From an uncultured Actinomycetota bacterium (lineage in GTDB: Bacteria; Actinomycetota; Actinomycetes; JAFAQI01), in NCBI GenBank assembly GCA_963770565.1, contig CAVYQE010000002.1, forward strand, positions 192,001-256,000: DNA of 64,000 bases, read 5' to 3'. Position 1 is the first letter of the stretch. Every line of letters starts with the position of its first letter. The translations under genes and the position numbers were made by a program. Below are positions 18,245 to 26,473 of the stretch, piece by piece. The notes below the pieces were generated by a model. That model saw nothing but the letters and a program-made list of their open reading frames with translations. It was not told the DNA's origin and did not search any database.

Positions 18245-18406
18245 TTACAGGACCGAGAGCGACACCAGGTGCCGACGCGCGGCGTCGGCCCGGCGCTGCC
18301 GGCGGCGCACGACCGCCAGCTGGCGCAGGTACGCCCGGCGTACCTGCTCCGCATCGACCTGCATTCGTTCGCGGGTCAGCGCTTCGTACAAAGCGTGCTG
18401 CATCAT
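18245..18406 (-). CDS. small basic helical protein downstream of whiB7 (alternative start 18451)
   Basis: MMQHALYEALTRERM...RRRQRRADAARR; AAGGAG RBS; resembles small proteins that follow wblC in actinomycetes. Confidence 0.7.
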   Translation of the reverse strand: MMQHALYEALTRERMQVDAEQVRRAYLRQLAVVRRRQRRADAARRHLVSLSVL

Positions 18407-18447
18407 TTGAAGACTCCTTGTTGAGTTCATGGTTGATGTGACGGTGC

Positions 18448-18705
18448 TCATGCAGCGATCACGTCTGACTTGCGGGGCCGGCCACGCGGACGCTTGCGCG
18501 CCACGATGACGCCGGCGACGAGAAGCTCGCCACCCCAAACACCCCACGGCTCACGCCGGTCGATGGCATCGGCTAGGCAGGACCGACGCAACGGACAGTC
18601 CAGGCACAGCGCCTTTGCCCGCTCGACGTCAACCGGCGACTCAGCGAAGAACAAGTCGGGGTCGACGAGGTGACAGGGCAGATCGCACTCAAAGTTCTCG
18701 GACAT
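18448..18705 (-). CDS. whiB7: WhiB7/WblC transcriptional activator
   Basis: Four Cys (C, CxxC, C), EPWGVWGGE, AT-hook RPRGRPRK; GAGGAGG RBS. Confidence 0.95.
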   Translation of the reverse strand: MSENFECDLPCHLVDPDLFFAESPVDVERAKALCLDCPLRRSCLADAIDRREPWGVWGGELLVAGVIVARKRPRGRPRKSDVIAA

Positions 18706-18772
18706 CGGTACCACCTCCTCGTTGGTTGTCGGGACTTCTGTGTAGTTGTGGGTTCTGACACTTCCTGCGAGC

Positions 18773-18817
18773 GACAAACAGAAAGGCCGCGGACCCTGTT
18801 CGGGTTCCGCGGCCTTT
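18773..18817 (-). terminator. Rho-independent attenuator in the whiB7 leader
   Basis: AAAGGCCGCGGAACCC-GAACA-GGGTCCGCGGCCTTT followed by CTGTTTGT. Confidence 0.88.
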
Positions 18818-18840
18818 GATCTCGCCGGTGTGATTGCTGG

Positions 18841-19068
18841 TCAGACCGGATCCTCAAAGGCCTCGTCACCCGAGGCGACATTCGTCGCGCCCTGGGCTGC
18901 AGTCGTCGCCGTGGTCATGCACTTCACGCGCGGGAGCACGACGGTGCTGCGGAGCCGCCGCGGGAAGGGCATACGAATCCCGTGCTGCGGCCCGGCCCAG
19001 ATCGACACCTGCGCCCGCTGCGCAACCGCAGCAGCGGTCGCCGGCGTCGAATAGATGTTGCTATCCAC
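18841..19068 (-). CDS. whiB7 upstream ORF (leader peptide, 75 aa)
   Basis: AAGGAGGT RBS, GTG start; 3' codons GGCCTTTGA complementary to the terminator 5' arm TCAAAGGCC; ends EAFEDPV. Confidence 0.75.
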   Translation of the reverse strand: MDSNIYSTPATAAAVAQRAQVSIWAGPQHGIRMPFPRRLRSTVVLPRVKCMTTATTAAQGATNVASGDEAFEDPV

Positions 19069-19145
19069 GCTCAGCCACCTCCTTCGCTGCTCGGTCGTGC
19101 GCCTCAGCGCTGACTCCACGGCATGACAAATGTCACACCTGAGTG

Positions 19146-19183
19146 ACGATAAAGCGTCACACCGATCGACGCAACGGATTTAT
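19146..19183 (-). promoter_or_regulatory. whiB7 autoregulated promoter
   Basis: ATAAAT-N3-TTGCGT-N17-TATCGT. Confidence 0.75.
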
Positions 19184-20071
19184 CGGCGCCAAGACGTCAC
19201 AGGTTGATTTCGATTCGCCGAGCACTCGGAGCAAGCCTTCCTGCACCACCGACACGACGTGCGCGCCTCCGCGCGTGAACAGTCGCCCGAACGCAAGTCC
19301 GCGTGCTCCGGACGCGGTCGGGGACTGCTGGTCGTAGAGCAGCCACTCGTCGGCGCGGAACGGCCGGTGGAACCACATCGCATGATCCAGGCTCGCGACC
19401 ATGATCCGGCGGTTGTCGTCCCAGGCCAGGCCGTTCGCGAGCAGCACCGAGTCGAGCAGCGTCATGTCGCTCGCATAGGTGACCGCACACACGTGCAGCA
19501 GCGGGTCGTCGGGCATCTCCCCGTTGGCCCGGAACCACACCTGCTGGCGGTTCTTCGGCACGATGTCGCCCTGGTCGAGCCACGGCGGGTCGTCGACGTA
19601 CCGCAGGTCGATCGGCCGCGGCCGCTCCCAGCGTGGCGACGGCGGGATTCCCGCGGCCAGTCGCCGCTCGTCGAGGGTGGGAAGGGTGTCCGGATCGGGC
19701 GCGGCGGGCATCTCCGCCTGGTGATCAACCCCCGGCTCGTGGATCTGGAACGAGGCCGAGAGGTGGAAGATCGCCTCACCGTGCTGCACCGCGACCACCC
19801 GGCGGGTGGTGAACGAGCGGCCGTCCCGGATCCGGTCGACCTGGTAGATGATCGGGATCGAGGGGTCCCCCGGCCGCAGGAAGTACGCGTGCAGCGAGTG
19901 CACGAAGCGGTCCGCCGGCACCGTCCGGCCGGCCGCCACAAGCGCCTGCCCGGCCACCTGCCCGCCGAAGACCCGCTGGAGGTTCTCGTCCGGGCTCAGG
20001 CCGCGGAAGATGTTCACCTCGAGCTGCTCGAGATCGAGGATGGTCAGCAGCGCGCTGAGTTCTTCGGCCAC
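19157..20071 (-). CDS. tesB: acyl-CoA thioesterase II
   Basis: VFGGQVAGQAL, HSLHAYFLRPG, RDGRSF, ASLDHAMWFH, QEGL. Confidence 0.93.
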   Translation of the reverse strand: MAEELSALLTILDLEQLEVNIFRGLSPDENLQRVFGGQVAGQALVAAGRTVPADRFVHSLHAYFLRPGDPSIPIIYQVDRIRDGRSFTTRRVVAVQHGEAIFHLSASFQIHEPGVDHQAEMPAAPDPDTLPTLDERRLAAGIPPSPRWERPRPIDLRYVDDPPWLDQGDIVPKNRQQVWFRANGEMPDDPLLHVCAVTYASDMTLLDSVLLANGLAWDDNRRIMVASLDHAMWFHRPFRADEWLLYDQQSPTASGARGLAFGRLFTRGGAHVVSVVQEGLLRVLGESKSTCDVLAPINPLRRSV

Positions 20072-20093
20072 GGCGGGCGACTTTATCGGCTGA

Positions 20094-22043
20094 TCAGCCG
20101 CGCAGCAGGTCGAGCACCTCGTCGGCGTACTGATCGAGCTTCTTCGGGCCCACCCCGGGCACCGCCGCCAGCTCGCCCCGGTCGGCCGGCGCGCGGGCCG
20201 CGATCTCCTCGAGGGTCTTGTTGTCGAACACGACGTACGCCGGAACCCCGTCGCCGCGCGACCGTTCGAGCCGCCAGTCGCGCAGCCGCTGCACCACCGG
20301 GTCGTCGGACAGAGCGCGCTTGGCCTTCGCCGGCCGCTCGGGCAGCAGGGTGACCGGGCGGATCCCGTCGAGGAAGCGCGACGGCTTGCGCGAGCGCCGG
20401 CCACCGGCCGCCCGCGCCAGCGCCCACGACAGGCCCAGATGGCGGCGGGCGCGGGTGATGCCGACATAGAGCAGGCGGCGCTCCTCCTCGACCTGCTCCG
20501 GCGTCGTGGCGTGGGTGATGGGCAGCGTGCCGTCCACCAGCCCGACGAGGAAGACCGCCTCCCACTCGAGCCCCTTTGCCGAGTGCAGCGAAGCCAGCGT
20601 CACGCCCTCGACCGGCGGGGCGTGCTGCGCGTCGGCCCGGGCGGCCAGCTCGGCGACGAAACCGTCCAGATCGGCGGCCGCGTCCTCGGCGACGAACCCT
20701 TCGGCGAGGACGACGATGGCACGGAGCGACTCCCAGCGGTCCCGCGCCGCACCGGCCGCGCCGGGCGGGTTCGCGGTGAGACCGGCGGAGGACAAGACGT
20801 CGGTGACCGTCTCGACCAGACCGGTGGGCTCACGGTCCGCGACCGACCGGGCCGCCCCGCGCAGCAGCACGACCGCCTCGCGCACCTCGGGGCGGTCGAA
20901 GAAGCGCTGGCCGCCACGCAGGACGTAGGGCAGGCCGGCATCGGTCAGCGCGGCTTCGTAGAGCTCGGACTGCGCGTTGACCCGGAACAGCACCGCGACG
21001 TCGCGCAACGGCACGCCTTGCTTGCGCAGGGCGGTGATCCGCGCCGCCACCGCCGCCGCTTCGGCCGGCTCGTCGTCAAACGCGTCGTACGTCGGATCCG
21101 GGCCGTCGCCGGCCTGCGCCTGCAGGCGGGCGCCGGCGATCACCCGGTTGGCCAGCGCCACGACCTGGTTGGTGGAGCGGTAGTCGCGCACCAGGCGCAC
21201 GACCGTCGCGCCCTCGAACCGGGTCGCGAAGTCCTTGAGGTAAGACGGCGAGGCGCCGGTGAACGAGTAGATCGTCTGGTTCGGGTCGCCGACCACGCAG
21301 AGGTCGTCGCGATCGCCCAGCCAAGCGTCCAGCAGCCGCTGTTGAAGCGGGTTGACGTCCTGATACTCGTCGACGGTGAAATGCCGGTAGCGCTCGTGGA
21401 TCTGGGCCGCGATCCCGCGGTCGGTCTCGATCGCGGCGGCGGTCAGGAGCAGCAGGTCCTCGAAGTCGAGCTGGCCGCGATCGGCGTTCACCTGCTCGTA
21501 CGCCGCGAACACCTGCCCCACCACGTCGATCTCGAGCGGCGGAAGGCGGTTGGCAGCGCGCGCCCGCTCGGCGTAGTCGGCCGGCTCGACCAGCGCCGCC
21601 TTCGCCCACTCGACCTCGGCGGCAAGGTCGCGCTGCACCGGCACTGCGGCGGTCACCCGGCAGGAGGCGGCGGCGGCGCGGATCGCGGGGAGCTTGCTCT
21701 CGATCAGCGTCGGCATCGGGCCGGCCGAGATCCGGGGCCAGAAGTACTGGAGCTGGCGAAGCGCGGCGGAATGGAAGGTCCGGGCCTGGACGCCTTCGAC
21801 GCCGAGGCCGCGCAGGCGGGCCCGCAGCTCGCCGGCCGCGCGAGTCGTGAAGGTCACCGCCAGCACGTGCTGCGGCACCGCCAGGCCGCGATGGCTCTGG
21901 TGGGCGATCCGGTGGGTGACGGCGCGGGTCTTGCCGGTGCCCGCACCGGCCAGGATGCAGACCGGCCCCCGGGGCGCTTCGACCGCCTCGCGCTGCTCCG
22001 CGTCGAGCCCTTCCAGGACGCGGTCAGCGGGGTCGGCAGGCAT
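20094..22043 (-). CDS. uvrD2: ATP-dependent DNA helicase UvrD2 with HRDC domain
   Basis: AGAGTGKT, VDEYQD, HSAKGLEW, EERRLLYVGITRAR, VPAYVVF. Confidence 0.93.
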   Translation of the reverse strand: MPADPADRVLEGLDAEQREAVEAPRGPVCILAGAGTGKTRAVTHRIAHQSHRGLAVPQHVLAVTFTTRAAGELRARLRGLGVEGVQARTFHSAALRQLQYFWPRISAGPMPTLIESKLPAIRAAAASCRVTAAVPVQRDLAAEVEWAKAALVEPADYAERARAANRLPPLEIDVVGQVFAAYEQVNADRGQLDFEDLLLLTAAAIETDRGIAAQIHERYRHFTVDEYQDVNPLQQRLLDAWLGDRDDLCVVGDPNQTIYSFTGASPSYLKDFATRFEGATVVRLVRDYRSTNQVVALANRVIAGARLQAQAGDGPDPTYDAFDDEPAEAAAVAARITALRKQGVPLRDVAVLFRVNAQSELYEAALTDAGLPYVLRGGQRFFDRPEVREAVVLLRGAARSVADREPTGLVETVTDVLSSAGLTANPPGAAGAARDRWESLRAIVVLAEGFVAEDAAADLDGFVAELAARADAQHAPPVEGVTLASLHSAKGLEWEAVFLVGLVDGTLPITHATTPEQVEEERRLLYVGITRARRHLGLSWALARAAGGRRSRKPSRFLDGIRPVTLLPERPAKAKRALSDDPVVQRLRDWRLERSRGDGVPAYVVFDNKTLEEIAARAPADRGELAAVPGVGPKKLDQYADEVLDLLRG

Positions 22044-22089
22044 CGCGTCATCCTCGCAGCCGGTGCCGACGGTTCTCGCGCCGCCCGGG

Positions 22090-22115
22090 GGAAGGTGTGG
22101 GCCGGACGCGACGTT
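22090..22115 (+). promoter_or_regulatory. SigR/SigH-type promoter of mrx1
   Basis: GGAAG-N18-GTT. Confidence 0.6.
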
Positions 22116-22148
22116 GTGGATACGTAGACGGGGGATTCGAGGAGAAGC

Positions 22149-22394
22149 ATGACCGGCCGACTGACGATGTACACCACGACGTGGTGCGGCTACTGCGTGC
22201 GGCTCAAGCACGGGCTGGAGCGGGCCGGCATCGACTTCGACGAGGTCAACATCGAGCACGATCCAGCGGCCAAGGAGTTCGTGCTGGGGGTCAACGGCGG
22301 CCAGGCCACCGTGCCGACGCTCGTGCTCGCCAACGGCGACGTGCTCACCAACCCGCCGCTCCCGGCCCTGCTTGCCGCGGTCGCGGCCGGCTGA
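22149..22394 (+). CDS. mrx1: mycoredoxin
   Basis: WCGYC, TVPT; divergent from uvrD2. Confidence 0.9.
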   Translation: MTGRLTMYTTTWCGYCVRLKHGLERAGIDFDEVNIEHDPAAKEFVLGVNGGQATVPTLVLANGDVLTNPPLPALLAAVAAG

Positions 22395-22409
22395 GCGCCG
22401 CCGCCCGTC

Positions 22410-23213
22410 TTACCCGGTTGCTGCCGACTTGAGGAAGTCGTTGACGATCGAGACGGTCCGGTCGGTCTGATCGGTCCAGAACAGGTGTCCCGCGCCGGGC
22501 AGCCACTCCAGCCGCGCGCCCGGAATCGCGGCCGCGAGCAGGTCGGCATTGCCGGCCCGAACGAGCTTGTCGGCGTCGCCGTGCATCACCAGGGTCGGCA
22601 CCCGGATCTCGCCCAGCCGCGGCAGCGTGCCGTCGAACCGCCGCATCGCGTCCAGCTGACCCCAGTACGACGTCGCCCGCAGGGGGTAACGCAGCCGCGC
22701 GCCGAGGTCACCGTCGATGTCGTCGCGCGAGGTCGTCTCGGCGTACAGGAATGGCACCGATGCCTCAACCGCCTCGCGAGCGGACTTGGGCGTCCGGTCC
22801 ATCAGCATGGTCGCCGCGGCCGGGTCCATCCGGACCGCATCCGGGCCGCCCGGATGGGTGGCCCCGAGCACGAGCGAGACCACCCGCCCCGGGTGCCGGA
22901 GGGCGAGCTCCTGGGCGATCAGGCCGCCGAGCGAGACCCCGAACACGTGCGCCCGGCTGACACCAGCCGCGTCAAACACGTCGATCGCGTCGTCGGCCAT
23001 CTCCTCGATCGACCAGGGCGTCGGCGGCACGTTGCTGCGCCCGACGCCGCGGTTGTCGAAGCGGATCGTCCGCCGCGGCCCGGACAGTCCCGGCAGGACC
23101 CGGAACCACATGTCCGCGGTGTAGCCGAGGCCCTGGATCAGCAGCAGCGGCGGGGACCCGTCGCCCTCGGCCGACCACCACAACGTGACGTCACCCTTCG
23201 TTGTCACCGCCAC
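22410..23213 (-). CDS. alpha/beta hydrolase
   Basis: DNRGVG, GVSLGG, HGDAD, GAGH. Confidence 0.9.
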   Translation of the reverse strand: MAVTTKGDVTLWWSAEGDGSPPLLLIQGLGYTADMWFRVLPGLSGPRRTIRFDNRGVGRSNVPPTPWSIEEMADDAIDVFDAAGVSRAHVFGVSLGGLIAQELALRHPGRVVSLVLGATHPGGPDAVRMDPAAATMLMDRTPKSAREAVEASVPFLYAETTSRDDIDGDLGARLRYPLRATSYWGQLDAMRRFDGTLPRLGEIRVPTLVMHGDADKLVRAGNADLLAAAIPGARLEWLPGAGHLFWTDQTDRTVSIVNDFLKSAATG

Positions 23214-23251
23214 GGCCGTGATCGTCCCCTATCGCCTGCTACCGTCCGGCC

Positions 23252-24049
23252 GTGGCTGGTGATTTGAGCGCCTTGCTCAACGATCTTCGGGCCGAGTCCG
23301 AGGACCTCGACCACGTCATCGCATCCGGTGGTCCGGACGCGCCCGCGACGCCGACGCCCGCGGTCGGCTGGTCGGTCGGCGACACGATCGGGCACCTGTG
23401 GTTCTTCGACCGGGCCGGCCGGCGTGCACTGGAGAACCCGGACGGCTTCAAGCGGGAGGTCGGCGTCGTCATGGCCGACCCGCGGGCATTCATGGCCGAC
23501 CACCTCGTGCAGATCCGGCGGCTCGGTGAGTCGCTCCTGCCGGCCTGGCGCGAGGAACGCCGGCTGATCATCGCCTCACTGGAGGCCACCGATCCGGCGC
23601 TTCGCGCCCCTTGGTACGGGCCGCCGATGTCGCCGATGTCGTTCGCGACGGCGCGGTTGATGGAGACCTGGGCGCACGGCCAGGACATCGCGGACGGGCT
23701 CGGCATCCGGCGGATCCCCACCGACCGGCTGCGCCACATCGCCCACCTCGGCGTGCGCACCCGGGACTTCTCCTACCAGATCCACGGCCGTACGCCGCCG
23801 ACCACGCCGGTGTATGTCTCGCTCACCCTGCCCAGCGGCAAGCCATGGACCAACGGCGACCCCGACGCCCCGGATCGGATCGAAGGCCCGGCGATCGACT
23901 TCTGCCTGCTCGTGACGCAGCGCCGGCTCGCCGACGACCTGACGCTCCGGCTCACCGGCGATGCCGCGATCGAATGGATGTCCCTCGCCCAGGCGTTCGC
24001 GGGCGAACCGTCATCGACCGATCGAAGCCGCAAGGGGCTCGGCCGCTAG
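23252..24049 (+). CDS. MDMPI/DinB-like metal-binding protein (TIGR03084 type)
   Basis: GWSVGDTIGHL, PWYGPPMS, RLMETWAHGQD. Confidence 0.85.
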   Translation: MAGDLSALLNDLRAESEDLDHVIASGGPDAPATPTPAVGWSVGDTIGHLWFFDRAGRRALENPDGFKREVGVVMADPRAFMADHLVQIRRLGESLLPAWREERRLIIASLEATDPALRAPWYGPPMSPMSFATARLMETWAHGQDIADGLGIRRIPTDRLRHIAHLGVRTRDFSYQIHGRTPPTTPVYVSLTLPSGKPWTNGDPDAPDRIEGPAIDFCLLVTQRRLADDLTLRLTGDAAIEWMSLAQAFAGEPSSTDRSRKGLGR

Positions 24050-24067
24050 TGCGACCTGCCGCCGGCC

Positions 24068-25519
24068 TCAGCCGGCGACCGGGGCCAACTCATCGGCGCT
24101 GATCGATGCGTCCCGCCGTGGCTTCATCGTCGATGCGGCGTCGCGATCGTCGATCTGCAACGCCAGCCAGGCCGCGCTCAGGGCGATGGCGGCGGCCACC
24201 ACGAACGCCCAGTGGAACGCCGCGAGGTTCGGCCGCACGTGCCCGGCCACGTGGTGCGAGACACCGACCGCGGAGATGACCGTGGTCAACACGGCGACAC
24301 CGACCGCACCGCCTACCTGACGTGCGGTGTTGAACAGGGTGGACGCCCGGCCGGTCGCGGCCTGGCTGATCGTCGCGAACGCGGCCGCCTGGGACGGCAC
24401 GAACACGTGCGAGATCGCGAGGCCCAGCCCGAACATCGCCAGCCGCACCAGCCACAGGTTCGTGTCGAACCCGACCAACGTGAAGGTCATGATCACCACG
24501 GCCAGGCTGGTCAGGCCACCTACGATCAGCCGACGCGGGCCCAGCCGAGCGTAGATCCGGGTCGCGAACTGCGCGCCGATCATGACGCCCAGCGCCTCGG
24601 GGAACGTCGTCAGGCCGGCGTTCAGCGCCGACAAGCCCAGTCCGTCCTGGAAGAACAGCGCCGCCAGATACAGCGTGCCGAGGAAGGCGGCGGTCGTGAT
24701 GAACAGCACCAGCGTCGTCGTACGGAACAACACATTGCCGACCAGGCGGAGGTCGATCATCGGCTGGGCGACCCGCAGCTCGTGGCGTACGAGCGCGGCG
24801 AGCAACGCGAGACCGACGAAGCCGAGGGTCAGGATCGGGGTCGATCCCCAGCCGTGGCTCGGGCCCTCGGACAGGGCGTACATCAGCGAGGCCAGACCCG
24901 CGCCGGCCAGCACGAAGCCGCTGGCGTCGAAGCGCCCGGCATCCGGCTCACGATGCTCGTGCAGGAACAAGCTGCCGAACACGATCGCGAGGAAGCCGAT
25001 CGGCAGGTTCACGTAGAAGACCCATCGCCACGACGCGTCGCTGACCAGCAGGCCGCCGAGGACCGGCCCGAGCGCCGGCGCGAACGCGGTCGGCACGATC
25101 AGGATCCGCGACGCTCTGACCCGCTCGGCCGGCGGGAAGGTGCGGAACAGCATCGCCATCCCGACCGGGGTCAGCATGCCGCCGCCGACGCCCTGCAGGA
25201 TGCGGAACGCCACCAGCTCCGGCAGGCTCTGCGAGAGCCCGCACAGAGCCGACGCAGTGGTGAAGATCGCGAGCGCGAGCAGGAAGATCCGCTTCGTGCC
25301 GAACCGGTCGCCGAGCCATCCGGACGCCGGGATGAAGACCGCGAGGCTGACGAGGAAGCCGACCACGACGCTGTCGATGTGGGCCGGGTTGACGTTGAAG
25401 TCACGCGCCAACGTCGGCAGCGCGACGTTCACGATCGTGATGTCCATGATCGCCATGAACATCGCCAACACGAACACGATGCTCACCGAGACCTTGGGGT
25501 CCAACCGGTGAGCCAACAC
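24068..25519 (-). CDS. DHA2 (EmrB/QacA) MFS efflux transporter
   Basis: MDITIVNVALP, GWLGDRFG, WRWVFYVNLPIG; about 14 TM segments. Confidence 0.92.
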   Translation of the reverse strand: MLAHRLDPKVSVSIVFVLAMFMAIMDITIVNVALPTLARDFNVNPAHIDSVVVGFLVSLAVFIPASGWLGDRFGTKRIFLLALAIFTTASALCGLSQSLPELVAFRILQGVGGGMLTPVGMAMLFRTFPPAERVRASRILIVPTAFAPALGPVLGGLLVSDASWRWVFYVNLPIGFLAIVFGSLFLHEHREPDAGRFDASGFVLAGAGLASLMYALSEGPSHGWGSTPILTLGFVGLALLAALVRHELRVAQPMIDLRLVGNVLFRTTTLVLFITTAAFLGTLYLAALFFQDGLGLSALNAGLTTFPEALGVMIGAQFATRIYARLGPRRLIVGGLTSLAVVIMTFTLVGFDTNLWLVRLAMFGLGLAISHVFVPSQAAAFATISQAATGRASTLFNTARQVGGAVGVAVLTTVISAVGVSHHVAGHVRPNLAAFHWAFVVAAAIALSAAWLALQIDDRDAASTMKPRRDASISADELAPVAG

Positions 25520-25529
25520 AACAGGTCCC

Positions 25530-25555
25530 AACGGTACGACGGCGCCCCACATTCC
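25530..25555 (-). promoter_or_regulatory. SigR/SigH-type promoter of the MFS gene
   Basis: GGAAT-N18-GTT(G). Confidence 0.6.
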
Positions 25556-25589
25556 ATCCGGGCGGCTCTGCCGGTCGCAGCGGCCGGGC

Positions 25590-26447
25590 TCAGCCGCGCT
25601 CGAGCCACCCGCTGATCAGCCAGTACGCGATCGACGCCGAGGGCGGGAACGTGCCGGTGCCGCTGCGCAGCTCGTCCCGGGTGAACCAGCGCACGTCCTC
25701 GAGCTCCTGGTCGGCAGCCGCAACGGTGCCGCCGGAGACCCGGGCTTCGTAACCGAGCATCAGAGAGGCGGGGAACGGCCAGGGCTGGCTGGCCCGGTAG
25801 ACCACGTCGTCGACGGTCACGCCGGTCTCTTCGAGCACCTCCCGGTGCACGGCCTGCTCGGCAGACTCGCCGGACTCGACGAATCCGGCGATCGTGGAGT
25901 ATCGGCCGGCCGGCCAGATCGGCTGCCGCCCGAGCAGTGCCCGGTCACCGCCGTCATGGAGCAGGACGATCACCGCGGGATCGGTCCGCGGGAAGTGCTG
26001 GGAGCCGTCGACGTCGCAGCGCCGCGACCAACCCGCCTGGATCACCCGGGTCGGCGCGCCGCACTGGGGGCAGTGGGTGTGCGTCGCGTGCCAGTTGGTC
26101 AGGGCCACCACCGTGACCAGCAGGCCCGCGTCGCGATCGCTGAGCGCGGCACCGACCTCGCGGAGGCCGAGCGGCCGGGCGTCGAGCCGCCTCGGCAGCT
26201 CGCCGAGAGTGCCCCAGAACGCGACGCCGTCGTCGTCGATGCCGAGCAGCAACCGGTCGCCGCCCTGGTCCGCGGCATCCGTGCCCGCGAACACGAGCGC
26301 GGGACCGTCGTCGTCAACGTTCGCGCGGCCGTCGCCGTCGAGCACCAGGAGCCGCCCGGACTCCCACGCCTTCTCGAGCCAGGCGGCGTCGTCCCGCTTC
26401 GTCGCGGCCCGATCGACCGCGGTCCGCGACAGAGTGGGGACGCTCAC
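25590..26447 (-). CDS. nudC: NAD(+) diphosphatase
   Basis: CPQCG, FPRTDPAVI, Nudix box, SQPWPFPASLM. Confidence 0.93.
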   Translation of the reverse strand: MSVPTLSRTAVDRAATKRDDAAWLEKAWESGRLLVLDGDGRANVDDDGPALVFAGTDAADQGGDRLLLGIDDDGVAFWGTLGELPRRLDARPLGLREVGAALSDRDAGLLVTVVALTNWHATHTHCPQCGAPTRVIQAGWSRRCDVDGSQHFPRTDPAVIVLLHDGGDRALLGRQPIWPAGRYSTIAGFVESGESAEQAVHREVLEETGVTVDDVVYRASQPWPFPASLMLGYEARVSGGTVAAADQELEDVRWFTRDELRSGTGTFPPSASIAYWLISGWLERG

Positions 26448-26473
26448 CCCGCCACCCTAGAGATCGGTTCCGG

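Noticed and set aside
20439-22127. Long antisense and alternative-frame ORFs (also 1391-2752, 2749-4179, 11572-13029, 24212-25615, 26924-30004, 56676-58322)
   Set aside because: Shadow ORFs caused by high GC3 opposite well-supported genes; Arg/Gly/Pro-rich with no motifs.
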